Positions 28,625 through 39,143 are shown, counted from the first letter of the stretch. The stretch: DNA of 64,000 nucleotides from Thermoproteota archaeon (GCA_030550585.1 JAUQPB010000005.1:1-64000); one strand, 5' to 3'. The notes: generated from the letters alone by a model not told the origin. A program made the numbers and translations.

Positions 28625-29734
28625 CTATTTTATCTTCCTTTTCTTCAAACCTTCTATGTATTCTGGTGTTAGTGCTTCTGCAAATCCTTTCACAAGCTTT
28701 ATCGCGTTTATGGCGTCGTTTATGTCTGCTACCTCTACTGGTGAGTGGAGGTATCTTGTCGGTATTGATACCACTCCTGTTGGGACTCCCTCTCTGTTTA
28801 GCTGTATTGCTGATGCATCTGTTGTTCCCCCTGGGAGAACCTCTAGCTGGTATGGTATTCCAAGCTTGTTTGCAACCTCTATGAGCTTGTCAACAATCTC
28901 TTTGTGTACTATTATCCCTGACGAGCCTCTACCATCAGCAATCTTTATCGCTGGGCCTTTCCCGAGTGCAGTTACCCACTCGCTTTGTGGTGTCCCGGGC
29001 AGGTCGTTTGCAACTGTGGTGTCTATTGCTAGCGCTATGTGGGGGTCTATGGAGAAGGAAGTTGTTCTAGCGCCTTTGAGCCCAACCTCCTCCTGGACGG
29101 TTGCAACCAGATAGATATCAGCCTCGCTTCTCTCAATCATTTGAAAAGCCTTTATAGCCACTGCAAGTCCTAGCCTATCGTCGAACCCCCTCCCAGTTAT
29201 CCTGTCAGAGCCAAGCAGAGCAACATCCCTGTCAAAGACTATCACATCGCCGACATCTATGCCCATCGCCTTAACCTCGTCCCTAGACCTGGCACCAACA
29301 TCAACGAAAAGATCCTTTATCTCGGGAACCTGCCTAAGCTCCTCAGGCTTGGCAGCGTGAGGGGGCTTGAGGCCTATAACCCCTCTGTAGACCCTTCCAT
29401 CCCTAGTCTTCACCAAAACCCTCTGAAAAACAAGAGCCCTCTCACCAACACCGCCAATAGGCTGAACACGCAGGAAACCACTGTCCTCTATAAAACTAAC
29501 GAAAAGCCCGATCTCATCCATGTGTGCAGCCAACAAAAATCTGTAGACACCCCCACCACGCTTCAAAGCAATCACATTACCTAGGGAATCCACCCACAAA
29601 CCATCGGCATAGTCTCTAACCAAATCGATGACCAGGCCCCTCACATCATGCTCCCTGCCAGACGGTCCAACAACACCACATAGCCTCTTAACCAACTCAA
29701 CAAACTCGTTTCTATCAACATTATACCCACCCAT
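28625..29734 (-). CDS. M42 family (TET) aminopeptidase
   Basis: GPSGRE, AAHMDEIG, FDDRLG, TVQEEVGLKGA, GGTTDA, RYLHSPVE. Confidence 0.95.
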   Translation of the reverse strand: MGGYNVDRNEFVELVKRLCGVVGPSGREHDVRGLVIDLVRDYADGLWVDSLGNVIALKRGGGVYRFLLAAHMDEIGLFVSFIEDSGFLRVQPIGGVGERALVFQRVLVKTRDGRVYRGVIGLKPPHAAKPEELRQVPEIKDLFVDVGARSRDEVKAMGIDVGDVIVFDRDVALLGSDRITGRGFDDRLGLAVAIKAFQMIERSEADIYLVATVQEEVGLKGARTTSFSIDPHIALAIDTTVANDLPGTPQSEWVTALGKGPAIKIADGRGSSGIIVHKEIVDKLIEVANKLGIPYQLEVLPGGTTDASAIQLNREGVPTGVVSIPTRYLHSPVEVADINDAINAIKLVKGFAEALTPEYIEGLKKRKIK

Positions 29735-29919
29735 ACAAACCCACCAAACACATAATCAGCAAAAGAAATAGACCGAGACATTAAAATCTTTTTTGAAAAC
29801 AAGCATACAGAGCCATAGAAATGCTCAACACAGTTACATTACTGTGTAGAACCTGCAATCCCTATCTAAAGCTTTAATACATCATGAAGTTAAATTGAAA
29901 AATTATTTTTTAGGAGATT

Positions 29920-30222
29920 CTAATAAACTCTAGACATGGTACAGCACAGGTAATGGGGTAAAATTACATAGACATGGCCAAATACAGCTATTGAAAAGTT
30001 GTATATGGCAAGCACATTGTATAGATCCTCATAAGCTATGCTAAAGAAACCTCCGACTACATCTAACATAAGAGATGCCAATGTGTTTTGCGGGTCAAAC
30101 GCTGAGATTGTAGCTAAGGCAAATGATATAACAACGTTCCACAAACCTGAGGAAATGCTGTTAGACATGCTAATTTTATTGGTGTCTGCAAAAACTGGTG
30201 TAGGGCCTTGTGCGGTCTGCAC
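29920..30222 (-). pseudogene. Possible gene remnant of unknown family
   Basis: 100-aa protein-like ORF with no clear start context. Confidence 0.25.
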
Positions 30223-30330
30223 AATACTTTATTTTTCTATGACCCATATTGTTTGTTTTTCTGCTTGTGGCTTGGGGATTTAGATAAAAATAATTTTGTA
30301 ATTTTGGTTGTTGAGATTACTGCAATGTGT

Positions 30331-31743
30331 CTAGCAATTCTGTTTTCTTGCTGGTTTTGAGACGAGGTTTGTAATGGGCATGACCATGAGTGATGCTGCC
30401 AAGGCTGGGACAAATGCGTAGTATGTCCATGGGAAGCTGAAGTGGCCGTAGGCGCTAACAGCGATTGCTATGGCAAAGCTTGTGACCATCGATGCTATAG
30501 CTCCTTCAGCAGTTGCTTTTCTCCAGTATAGACCGTATATGATCGGGCCTACCAATGTTGATGATAGTATTGCTGTTGTTACACCAAATAGCGTTATCAG
30601 CATTTCTGGCGGTTTTAGAGCTAGGATCGTGGCTGTGGCTGCTAGTGTTGCTGTGGTTATGCGGAAGAACATAGCATCTCTTTTTGTGTTGCCAATGAGG
30701 TTGTTTCCAAGCTTCTTCACAACATCTCTTAGTGTGTGTGTCAATGTGTTTATCAATGCAGATATCGTTGACATCGAAGCTGATAGTATCGCTATTATCA
30801 TTAGGGTGTCGAAGCCTTTTGGCATGAGAGTCTTTGTTAGATAGATGAATGCGTGGTCCGGTTTAACACTATCTGAAGATATTATGGCTCTTGTTGTAGC
30901 AGATGCTATGTCTAGTGAGAGGGTTAGTGTAGCCACAGTAGCTGTAGCTACAACTGTTGCCAGTTTAAGTGAGATTCTATCCCTTGCTGTTATGAATTTC
31001 ATTACCAGAGCAGGGTTTCCAATACCCATGAAACCTAGGCTTAGATAGAAAGAGAACATGGGTAAGAGGTCTCTGTAGGGCCAGCTGGCTAGCAGAGGAT
31101 CTATGCTTGAAAGCCTCTGCTGCAAATTCCCAATACCGCCAACACTAGCAAGAGATGTTACAGCTATTGCTATGGCCATGGCTAGCATGAAAACGGCTTG
31201 GATGCTCTGTGTCCAGACTTGAGCCAAATAACCTCCGAGGGCTATGTAGAGAAGTGTTGTAACAGACGATATTAGTAGCGACATCGTGTAGTCGAGGCCC
31301 ATGGCCTCCAAGGCTCTTGCCATACCAATTAGCGCAGATATGGTATATATGTAGAGCCCGACGAAAGTTGTTAAAGCTGCTATAACGCCAGCCAAACTCG
31401 ACTTGTATCTAACCTCGATGAACTCAACAATAGATGAAAAGCCAAATCTCCTAGAAAATGCTAACAGCCTTGGACCAATAAATATAAATGCTGCTAAGGT
31501 TCCCACAAAAACCACGAAAACATCTTTCCACAGCACCAGCAAACCATACTTCCATCCGATTGCAGTTGCGCCAACAAATATAACTGAGCTGAAATATGTT
31601 GTGAAGAACGATAGCGCTGTTGCTACACCACCGAAATTGAGCCCGCCGACATACAAATCACTGGCACTGCTAACCCTCTTAGCAGCATACACACCTATTA
31701 GAATCATAGCAAGAAGATAGGCAGATATAATAGCGATATCCAC
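30331..31743 (-). CDS. Sodium:solute symporter (PutP/PanF family)
   Basis: Many TMs; GGYLAQVWTQSIQA, ILSASMSTIS, GLYWRKAT. Confidence 0.92.
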   Translation of the reverse strand: MDIAIISAYLLAMILIGVYAAKRVSSASDLYVGGLNFGGVATALSFFTTYFSSVIFVGATAIGWKYGLLVLWKDVFVVFVGTLAAFIFIGPRLLAFSRRFGFSSIVEFIEVRYKSSLAGVIAALTTFVGLYIYTISALIGMARALEAMGLDYTMSLLISSVTTLLYIALGGYLAQVWTQSIQAVFMLAMAIAIAVTSLASVGGIGNLQQRLSSIDPLLASWPYRDLLPMFSFYLSLGFMGIGNPALVMKFITARDRISLKLATVVATATVATLTLSLDIASATTRAIISSDSVKPDHAFIYLTKTLMPKGFDTLMIIAILSASMSTISALINTLTHTLRDVVKKLGNNLIGNTKRDAMFFRITTATLAATATILALKPPEMLITLFGVTTAILSSTLVGPIIYGLYWRKATAEGAIASMVTSFAIAIAVSAYGHFSFPWTYYAFVPALAASLMVMPITNLVSKPARKQNC

Positions 31744-31755
31744 TATAAATGTGGA

Positions 31756-31953
31756 TCACCCCATGCACAGATAGTCTTCTTTCAATTCCCTACCTTCTTT
31801 GACTGAACCAACCCAGTAGTACGCCAAGGCTATGGCTACTCCTAAACAGTATAGTGCTATAGCCAAGGCAACATCTAGCGATACAATAGATACCACCAGA
31901 TAGTAGAGAGTGTGAATGGAGCAGAAATAAAAATTTTGTTGTGGCCCACCCAT
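31756..31953 (-). CDS. Small single-TM protein upstream of the symporter (true start probably downstream of 31953)
   Basis: Hydrophobic helix followed by a charged tail; stop 12 nt before the symporter start. Confidence 0.45.
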   Translation of the reverse strand: MGGPQQNFYFCSIHTLYYLVVSIVSLDVALAIALYCLGVAIALAYYWVGSVKEGRELKEDYLCMG

Positions 31954-32049
31954 TAATACTGGGATCTTTACAAAGACTCAATCCCTGCTTCGTTAGACAA
32001 GCAATTTTTTAAGCTTTTATCGATGATTGTGTAGCTGAGAGGTGGTTTT

Positions 32050-32880
32050 GTGGTTAGTGTATGCTACATATCTCTTGTTGGAACATCGCTTTTAGGAAAT
32101 TTCAACAGGGTTTTGGGGGCGAGGTACAGGTCTAGATACCCCGATTTCGGGGAGTGGTACAGGCTTTCACCATCTGATGATAGGAACAGGATTCCTGATG
32201 GAGATGTCTGCAAGGCTTTGGAGGACCGCAGTCTAATTGGCGATATGATTAGCTTTGTTGTTAATGAGAGGGGGAGGAGTTGTGCTGAAGTAAACGGTGT
32301 TTTGGGTATACAGAGCGTTTTTGGGCATAGCCCAGGCGATGTCGAGATTGTTTTGCTGTACACCAAAACATGTAGCGCTAGACTCGTTTCCAAAGTTCTT
32401 GTAGAGGCTTTTCAGAGACTCGGTTTTCAGAAGCCTCTTCTCATTGAACTGAGCAAGATTGAGAGCATCGACGAGTTTGACTACGGACTTGTAGAGCTAC
32501 TAGACAAGGTGTTCAGCATAGTCAGCGATAGGAGGTCGAGGGGTATGAGGATATACATAAACGCTACACCAGGGTTCAAGGCAGAGACAGCATTTATTGT
32601 GATAGCATCTATGCTTCTAGGGGTGGACGCGGCTATATATATCCACGAAAGCTTTGACTACCCAGTCATATTACCATCGCTGCCAATAGCGATTAGAAAA
32701 GAGGAGCTGGAGCCACTGCTCAAAGTATTCGGCGAAGACAACTCCATACATATAAACGCCTTTGTCTCGGCATTGGGAGATTCAAAGCTTCGCGAATACA
32801 TCGACAAGGGGATAGTGAGGATGAAGGGAGAGGAGGTTGTTATAAGACCCTGGATAAGATATTTGATCGAGAAAAGCTAG
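32050..32880 (+). CDS. APE2256/Sso1393-family CARF protein (Crn1-type ring nuclease candidate)
   Basis: SLVGTSLL, SCAEVNG, INATPGFKAE, YIHESF, LPSLPI; C-terminal wHTH-like segment. Confidence 0.85.
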   Translation: MVSVCYISLVGTSLLGNFNRVLGARYRSRYPDFGEWYRLSPSDDRNRIPDGDVCKALEDRSLIGDMISFVVNERGRSCAEVNGVLGIQSVFGHSPGDVEIVLLYTKTCSARLVSKVLVEAFQRLGFQKPLLIELSKIESIDEFDYGLVELLDKVFSIVSDRRSRGMRIYINATPGFKAETAFIVIASMLLGVDAAIYIHESFDYPVILPSLPIAIRKEELEPLLKVFGEDNSIHINAFVSALGDSKLREYIDKGIVRMKGEEVVIRPWIRYLIEKS

Positions 32881-32955
32881 AATTTTTTCGAAAACCCTCT
32901 TTACCGAGATTCCAAACCCCAAAGCCTCTATCCATAGATGCGAGTATAACGGTAA

Positions 32956-33006
32956 TCAGGTATCGCTCCCCCAATCACCACTCAGCAAAGACCAATCCTC
33001 ATCATC
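32956..33006 (-). ncRNA. C/D box guide sRNA
   Basis: Minus strand: ATGATGA-GGATTGGTCTTTG-CTGA-GTGG-TGATTGG-GGGAGCGATAC-CTGA; TATA CTTATAAA near 33025-33032. Confidence 0.85.
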
Positions 33007-33051
33007 TCCTCGGCAAATTTCATTTTTATAAGTAAGGTTTTTACCTTATCG

Positions 33052-34263
33052 CTAGTCTCCGCTCCGGCGCCTATATCTCGTTATCGCTGGTATCGATGCT
33101 ATAGCTGTGGCTGACATGTAGAACACCACCTCAGGAGACTTCAAGACATCGGCAAGTAGACCGCCAATGCTTGTCGCTATCGCGGGGACAATGTTTTGTA
33201 TTAGATATACTGTAGAGCTGTGCTGGATCCTGTTCCCCGGATCTACATCCGATATCATGTGGCTTATAATAGACATCCATATGCCTATCCCTCCAGCCCC
33301 AGCAGCGAAAGCTCTTACTATTTGGAGTTCAACTGTTTTGAGCTGTGGGAATATAGCTGTTGATATAGCTGCTACTGCAATTGATATGCCTGCGAGAGAT
33401 AGTGGATCTACTCTCCTAAGTACTTCGCTGAATGCTATAGGCATTAGAATGCTTGCCACAAAATTGGATATGTTGATTGCTGTTATCCATAGTTCGTCTC
33501 CCCCAAGCCTATAGATTATGTAGGGGGCTGTGAGAGCTGTTGGGAGGTTGAGTGCAAGATATAGAACGACTATGGCTATGTAGAATAGGGGGCTGGGTCT
33601 AGAACCCCTTATCCCCACATCATCTATCTGCACAACATTTTTGTGAATATCTTTCAGCATTATGATGAGCGGCATATCCAGTAAGAATATGGCTGACACT
33701 AATAGAAACAGCCTACCATAAGAGCGAACACCGGTTTCAAAAGCAAATATGTAGCCAGCTATTATCGAGCCTGCCAAAGCCCCTAGAGTGCCAAGCAAGC
33801 TGTCTAGGGCAATATATCTCGGCTTCCAATCATCTGGAATGTTATCAGCTATATAGTCTGTCCATGCAATTGCTGCAACATTTCCGAAGAGACTAGCTAT
33901 AGAGAAAAGAGCTGTTGTTGCATACAAAAGCTTGAGAGAGCTGAGTACATTTGTCAGTACAACTATTGCAGTAGCCATGTAGAGTACTCTTGATAGAGCA
34001 GCAGAAAGCTTGAACAAAGCGATTCTATGCAACCTGAAAAAACCGGGTCTCTTCAATGCAACGAGGAAGGATATCGATGATACGAATAGCGGTAGTGCAT
34101 AAGAGGCTGAAACCTGTATGTAGTCGTCTGTTAGCCTGGATGCAAAGGCTAGTCTATAGCTCCATAGACCGCCGAACCAGATGCCCCATAGGAAAGAGTC
34201 TATGAGCAAGACCACTACTAAAAACATTCTGGATCTATCCAAAAAGCCTTCACCCAAGCACAT
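33052..34263 (-). CDS. MFS transporter
   Basis: About 12 TMs; AWTDYIADNIP. Confidence 0.8.
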   Translation of the reverse strand: MCLGEGFLDRSRMFLVVVLLIDSFLWGIWFGGLWSYRLAFASRLTDDYIQVSASYALPLFVSSISFLVALKRPGFFRLHRIALFKLSAALSRVLYMATAIVVLTNVLSSLKLLYATTALFSIASLFGNVAAIAWTDYIADNIPDDWKPRYIALDSLLGTLGALAGSIIAGYIFAFETGVRSYGRLFLLVSAIFLLDMPLIIMLKDIHKNVVQIDDVGIRGSRPSPLFYIAIVVLYLALNLPTALTAPYIIYRLGGDELWITAINISNFVASILMPIAFSEVLRRVDPLSLAGISIAVAAISTAIFPQLKTVELQIVRAFAAGAGGIGIWMSIISHMISDVDPGNRIQHSSTVYLIQNIVPAIATSIGGLLADVLKSPEVVFYMSATAIASIPAITRYRRRSGD

Positions 34264-34373
34264 CGTCGATTATTTTTTGGCGAACCGAAAGTAGGTTAGC
34301 ATTGACTTCAAGGCTACAAAATATTGTTATACCTATAGTTTAAAGGGTTTAAATATGCCAAGGAGAGTCATAT

Positions 34374-34694
34374 TCACTGTACACTAGCTATGATGAATCT
34401 CGGGGGCTCTATCCACTCGCTTTTGCATTTCGGACATCTGGAGGGCTTCTTAGGCTTTTCAAGATCCTTGAATACATATCCGCATTTCCTACACCTTGGC
34501 GGTACCATCAAAAGAGCTTTTCTATTGCCGCTCTTCCTCCTAATGCTCTTCGCTATATGCTCTAGGTGGATATACACATCTTTCACATCTAGTTCAAAGA
34601 TATTTGCTATCTCATCAGCTGAAACAGGCTCTCTAGCCTCCTCCAAGAACCTGGCAATCCTCTCTCTAATACTCTCATAACTCTCTTCAGACAC
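34374..34694 (-). CDS. HTH plus zinc-ribbon transcriptional regulator (COG3357-like); GTG start at 34694
   Basis: VYIHLEHIAKS, PPRCRKCGYVF, PSRCPKCKSEWIEPPRF. Confidence 0.88.
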   Translation of the reverse strand: MSEESYESIRERIARFLEEAREPVSADEIANIFELDVKDVYIHLEHIAKSIRRKSGNRKALLMVPPRCRKCGYVFKDLEKPKKPSRCPKCKSEWIEPPRFIIASVQ

Positions 34695-34799
34695 ATTCCA
34701 ACACCAGTTGAACTCGACACAGCTTTTGAAACGTCCTTTAAAATATTTAAATAGAGTAGCTTTATCCACAAAAACCAGCCTTTTCTTATACAAAACGGT

Positions 34800-35690
34800 T
34801 TGGTGGCTCAATTGCAAGCACAAAACGGTTTGATATTGAGAATGTGTATAGATGAGCTCGAATCCCACCATATATACAGAGCCTTGGCGAAAACGCCTCT
34901 TGTCAGCAAGAAGATGAGAGGCGTTTTGGTTAGAGCTTCTGAGGATGAGTACAAACACTATATTTTTTGGAGGAGGTTTGCTGGGGAGTGTAGACCGAGG
35001 TTTCTAGCTCTAAAACTGCTTGTCTACACATTTCTATTCTATATATACGGTTTAACAATATTGATAAAGTTCATTGAGTCCAAGGAGAGCTTTGCAATAG
35101 ACTCCTATAAGAAGATTGCAGAGGCGTATCCCAGTATACGAAATGAGCTAGCGAAAATCATAGAGGATGAGGAGAGACATGAAACAGAGTTTGCAAACTC
35201 TATAGACGAGGCCAGGGTTAGGTACATAGGCTTTATAACACTCGGCATATCAGATGCTCTCATAGAGCTCACAGGAATCTACACAGGGTCTCTAGGAGCC
35301 TTCGAAAACACCATCAGCGCTGGTTTAACAGGGTTGCTAGCAGGGGTATCAGCATCTATATCAATGGCTGTTGCAGCATACTCTCAGGCAAAACAGGAGG
35401 GAAGGGATAGACCGGGGCTCTCAGCACTCTACACATTCATAGCCTATATAACAGCCTCAATCCTATTAGCATTGCCATACTTTCTAGCACCATCTATATA
35501 CACAGCATTTGCAGCCATGATGATAGTTGCAATGGCTATTGTAGCTTACATGTCATTCTATGTAGCTGTCCTGCAAAAAACAAGCTATCTAAGGGAACTC
35601 GCTTTAAACACAGCATTGATATTCGGAATTTCGATACTGCTATACATCCTGGGGTCTGTACTGGCAAAAACTGTATCACCACTTCACTAG
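34800..35690 (+). CDS. Rubrerythrin/ferritin-like domain fused to a VIT1/CCC1 domain (iron transporter)
   Basis: DEYKH and DEERH diiron motifs; LGISDALIE, SASISMA. Confidence 0.88.
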   Translation: MVAQLQAQNGLILRMCIDELESHHIYRALAKTPLVSKKMRGVLVRASEDEYKHYIFWRRFAGECRPRFLALKLLVYTFLFYIYGLTILIKFIESKESFAIDSYKKIAEAYPSIRNELAKIIEDEERHETEFANSIDEARVRYIGFITLGISDALIELTGIYTGSLGAFENTISAGLTGLLAGVSASISMAVAAYSQAKQEGRDRPGLSALYTFIAYITASILLALPYFLAPSIYTAFAAMMIVAMAIVAYMSFYVAVLQKTSYLRELALNTALIFGISILLYILGSVLAKTVSPLH

Positions 35691-35736
35691 AAAGCCCTTC
35701 TATTTTCTCCATTATCAATTCTCTTGTTAAAAAGAT

Positions 35737-36729
35737 TTAGATTTCTGTTGCTAGCCTGCCTATAAGCTTTATCTTCTCTATCGCTATCTTCTCTGGGAGA
35801 AACTCTAGATTTGTGTTGTGCGTTACATATATATTTTCAGCGTTTCTCAAGGTCTTGCCAAGCTCCTCTAGAAATCTCTTGAGCTCTTCTACACTCTCCA
35901 TCCGAGTGTTTCTACTGTCTATAATCCCCAGGGCAATCTCCCTGAAGCTCTCTAGATCCTTACCCACCTTTTCTATGGCTTCTCTATCCAAAAGCTTGTT
36001 GCTGACAAGATCTACAACTGGTATGATTCTCGTATCTCTGGAGATTCTACCAATTTTCTTTATGTTTTCGCTGTTGTAGCCAAAATAGATGGTTATCCAT
36101 ATAGAGCCTTTGAACAGTTCTGAGACCCTCTTATAGAGATCTATAAGCTCGTCTGGAACTATAGTAAAGGCTAGTTCGGGTTCGTGGATGTCAAGATGTT
36201 TGACCCCTTCTCTAGAGCACCTCTCTGCCTCTGTTAAAACAACTTTCTCTATGTAGTCTCTAGCAAGAGACTCTCTAGACATGTAAGCATTGTCAACAAC
36301 AAGAGAGTTTGTAGCTAGTGTTAGTGGTCCTGGCAATGACAGGCTAACCATTTCTACCTTATCGATGTAGCCTATACCCTTCAGATCATCTACAAGATTT
36401 GCACATACAACAGCACCTCCATAGCTTATAGCTTTGCTGAAGACTGGCTGGCGGAAGAAGAAGTTATTGTCGTAGAATCTCTTGAGACCGTTGACCTCGG
36501 CGCCGATGTAGCTGGATAGAGGGTTGAACAAGTCATCCCATCTGTACATACCATCACTGCTTCTACTCAGTCTAGCATTAGAGACTAGGTCTAGCAGATT
36601 CTTCAGCTCTCTTCTGTATACCTGATCCAGTTGCTTCCTATCTATCTTCCCCAGCTGGTATCTAGACAATGCCTTAGCTATTCTCTTGGTTCTGGGCATA
36701 GAGCCGAAAACCATTCCTTTGAACATCAC
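35737..36729 (-). CDS. Cobalamin-independent methionine synthase, N-terminal-half-like subunit
   Basis: GSMPR, DGMYRWDD, RFYDNNFFFRQP, LPGPLT, IHEP. Confidence 0.82.
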   Translation of the reverse strand: MMFKGMVFGSMPRTKRIAKALSRYQLGKIDRKQLDQVYRRELKNLLDLVSNARLSRSSDGMYRWDDLFNPLSSYIGAEVNGLKRFYDNNFFFRQPVFSKAISYGGAVVCANLVDDLKGIGYIDKVEMVSLSLPGPLTLATNSLVVDNAYMSRESLARDYIEKVVLTEAERCSREGVKHLDIHEPELAFTIVPDELIDLYKRVSELFKGSIWITIYFGYNSENIKKIGRISRDTRIIPVVDLVSNKLLDREAIEKVGKDLESFREIALGIIDSRNTRMESVEELKRFLEELGKTLRNAENIYVTHNTNLEFLPEKIAIEKIKLIGRLATEI

Positions 36730-36735
36730 ACTATC

Positions 36736-37770
36736 TCACCTTTTCAGCGGTATCCTGTCTAAGCCTCTTTCCCTCAGCTCCTTCCTAACAATCTCGACAC
36801 CTCTAACCATATTCTCCAGCTTTGCTCTAGCTATTTTCCTAGGCAGGAGTTTTAGCCCACAATCTGGGTTGACATAGATTTGCTCTGGCTTTACATACTT
36901 AAACGCTTTGTTCAGGGCTTTTGCAACTTCTTCGGGGGTTTCAACTCTTCTTGAGTGCACGTCTATTACACCTAGACCCACCTCCTTATCCCCTAACCTA
37001 TCCAAAATTCCGATGTCTCTAAAGCCTCTATTGGCAAATTCTAGCGCTAGCTGACTAAACCTAAGCCTGTCGAAGTAGTTGGCTAGAAGCTCGTAATTTC
37101 CATAGCATATGTGTATCCCCAGCTTTATGTTCACGCCCTTGGTAACCTCATTTACAGCATCAATAGCCCACTCCATTTCCTTGGGACTTGTTGTTAGGGC
37201 AGGCTCATCAACTTGTACAAACAGCGCGCCTGCCTCCTCCAGCCTCTTGATCTCTGAATTAATGATTTTCGCAAGCTCGAATACCAGATCCTCCTTCGAG
37301 GGATAGTACTCGTTATAGCTCCAATCAGCTATTGTGTAAGGTCCTGTCACAGTTACTTTGAGAACCCTTCTACTGCTTACCCTCCTAAGATACTGAAACT
37401 CTTCAACAACTATAGGCTTTTCATAGACAAGCCTCGAGACAACTGCGGGCTTGTTGAAGAAGTTGTTTCCCCATACCCTCACAGGGCCATAGAATCTGAA
37501 ACCTCTGATCCTCTCAGCAAAGTATTCTACCATGTCATCTCTGCGCATCTCTCCATCGCTTGGAATGTCTATTCCAGCCTCCTCCTGCTCCCTAACAACA
37601 GCCTGCACAGCATCGTCAAAAGCCTCGCGAAGCTCCTCTACACCTATTCTACCAGCTCTATAGAGCTTAACAGCATATACAAGCCATCTAGGTCTGGGAT
37701 AGCTACCTATAACAGTTGTGGGAAGCACAGGCAACTCCACATTCATCTCTTTGAGCATAGCCAACCACAC
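36736..37770 (-). CDS. metE: Cobalamin-independent methionine synthase, catalytic subunit
   Basis: PTTVIGSYPRP, DGEMRRDDMVEYF, zinc ligands HIC, E, NPDCGL. Confidence 0.92.
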   Translation of the reverse strand: MWLAMLKEMNVELPVLPTTVIGSYPRPRWLVYAVKLYRAGRIGVEELREAFDDAVQAVVREQEEAGIDIPSDGEMRRDDMVEYFAERIRGFRFYGPVRVWGNNFFNKPAVVSRLVYEKPIVVEEFQYLRRVSSRRVLKVTVTGPYTIADWSYNEYYPSKEDLVFELAKIINSEIKRLEEAGALFVQVDEPALTTSPKEMEWAIDAVNEVTKGVNIKLGIHICYGNYELLANYFDRLRFSQLALEFANRGFRDIGILDRLGDKEVGLGVIDVHSRRVETPEEVAKALNKAFKYVKPEQIYVNPDCGLKLLPRKIARAKLENMVRGVEIVRKELRERGLDRIPLKR

Positions 37771-37917
37771 CCAGGGGGCTGTGAAGCAGCTCTACAGAGA
37801 ACTCAGAACACTTGATTTATATAGAGACCCTCCATCCAATTTGCTGAACAGCTTATCTAAATCTGTTTTAGGACAGGTTTATCTAGATGCGCTCTCCAGT
37901 TATCTCGGCTATGGCGC

Positions 37918-38664
37918 ATGGCTACCGTTAGACTTGTCGCATATACAAAACCTGTTGTAGGCGAGGATCCCCGGAGGCTTGCTGTTCTAGCAGTCAAGGT
38001 TTCTGCCGGCAATCTCCACAAACGCGACTGGATCCACTACCTAACATTATATCCTGAAGAACATGTCGGCGAACACATAGTCAAAGCCTCTCGGTATCCA
38101 GTGGTCTTAGAGCACATAGTCTTCACATTCCTAGTAGAGGACATATCCCGTGTCGCCAGCCACCAGCTGGTTAGACACAGAATAGCCTCCTATACCCAAG
38201 AATCCCAACGCTATAGCGAAAGCTATATGAAGCAAGTCATCGAATGCCTCAATATCATTGGGGCGAGCAATGCCGAAAAAGCTTTTGAGATATTTAAAGA
38301 AAAGCCCAAAGATGTCTTACACTGCATAGAAAAGGGCTTTGTAGTACCTCCCCAAATCATGTCAAATAGCCAAGCACTACAAACATTCACAGAAGAGATT
38401 CTCAGAGCAATCTACAGCTACTACAAACTATTGAACCAGGGGATCAGCCTAGAGGACGCGAGATTCGCCATTCCACAAGCATCTAAAACACGACTCCTAG
38501 TCACACTAAACCTACGAGAACTACTCCACATCGCATGTCTCAGACTAAAACCAGAGGCACAGTGGGAGATAAGAGAAATAGTAGAAAAAATGTTAGCAGA
38601 GGCCTCAAAAATAGTTCCAGAAGCAACCGAACTACTAAAACTAACATGTAGTGACACAAAATAA
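37918..38664 (+). CDS. thyX: FAD-dependent thymidylate synthase
   Basis: HQLVRHRIASYTQESQRY, EDARF, NLRELLH, AQWEIR. Confidence 0.93.
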   Translation: MATVRLVAYTKPVVGEDPRRLAVLAVKVSAGNLHKRDWIHYLTLYPEEHVGEHIVKASRYPVVLEHIVFTFLVEDISRVASHQLVRHRIASYTQESQRYSESYMKQVIECLNIIGASNAEKAFEIFKEKPKDVLHCIEKGFVVPPQIMSNSQALQTFTEEILRAIYSYYKLLNQGISLEDARFAIPQASKTRLLVTLNLRELLHIACLRLKPEAQWEIREIVEKMLAEASKIVPEATELLKLTCSDTK

Positions 38665-38872
38665 AGAGCACTGCATTCGACAAGTTCAATCTATCACTAT
38701 TATCATCTCTACATCTTCCACAATAGCTTATGGCGAGTCCATTTATCAAGTAAGATATTTTCTTCGATATAGATTGGTCATCCTTTTGTTAATAAGAATT
38801 GATACTGCTATGAAACTGTACTTCTTTAGCATATTCAAAGCTATTCCTTCCTAGAACATGGCATGCTTTTAT

Positions 38873-39118
38873 ATGATGAAGATTTTTAGAGTTGTTGCCA
38901 AATTTAATGTTGGCTTCCCCTAAACTGTGGTCTATGGGTTTTTTGGGTATGTTAGGAATTTGCCTGATGGGAGTGTGGAGATACATGTTGAGGGGTCTGA
39001 GGATAGGGTTGATGCTTTTGTTGAGGCTGTTAAAGGTCTTAGGGAGTTTGATATATGGGAGGTTGAGTTGGTGAAAACGAGTGTTGTTGGATACAATGAT
39101 TTTGTTATAGTGCCATAG
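38873..39118 (+). pseudogene. acyP: Acylphosphatase, disrupted
   Basis: MMKIFRVVAKFNVGFP*TVVYGFFGYVRNLPDGSVEIHVEG: in-frame TAA and the GxVQGVGFR loop is lost. Confidence 0.75.
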
Positions 39119-39143
39119 GCTAAGGCTCTATTCTGTTTGTGGT

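Noticed and set aside
34695-34958. Long N-terminal extensions in the ORF track (also to 21483, 53863 and 3145)
   Set aside because: They overlap neighbouring genes or promoters; family motifs begin at the downstream starts.
35737-37770. Two MetE-like genes as a novel duplication
   Set aside because: Split cobalamin-independent methionine synthase is already known in archaea.
38873-39000. Third C/D box sRNA (ATGATGA at 38873)
   Set aside because: The nearest CTGA is ~90 nt away, and the sequence is the start of the acylphosphatase pseudogene.
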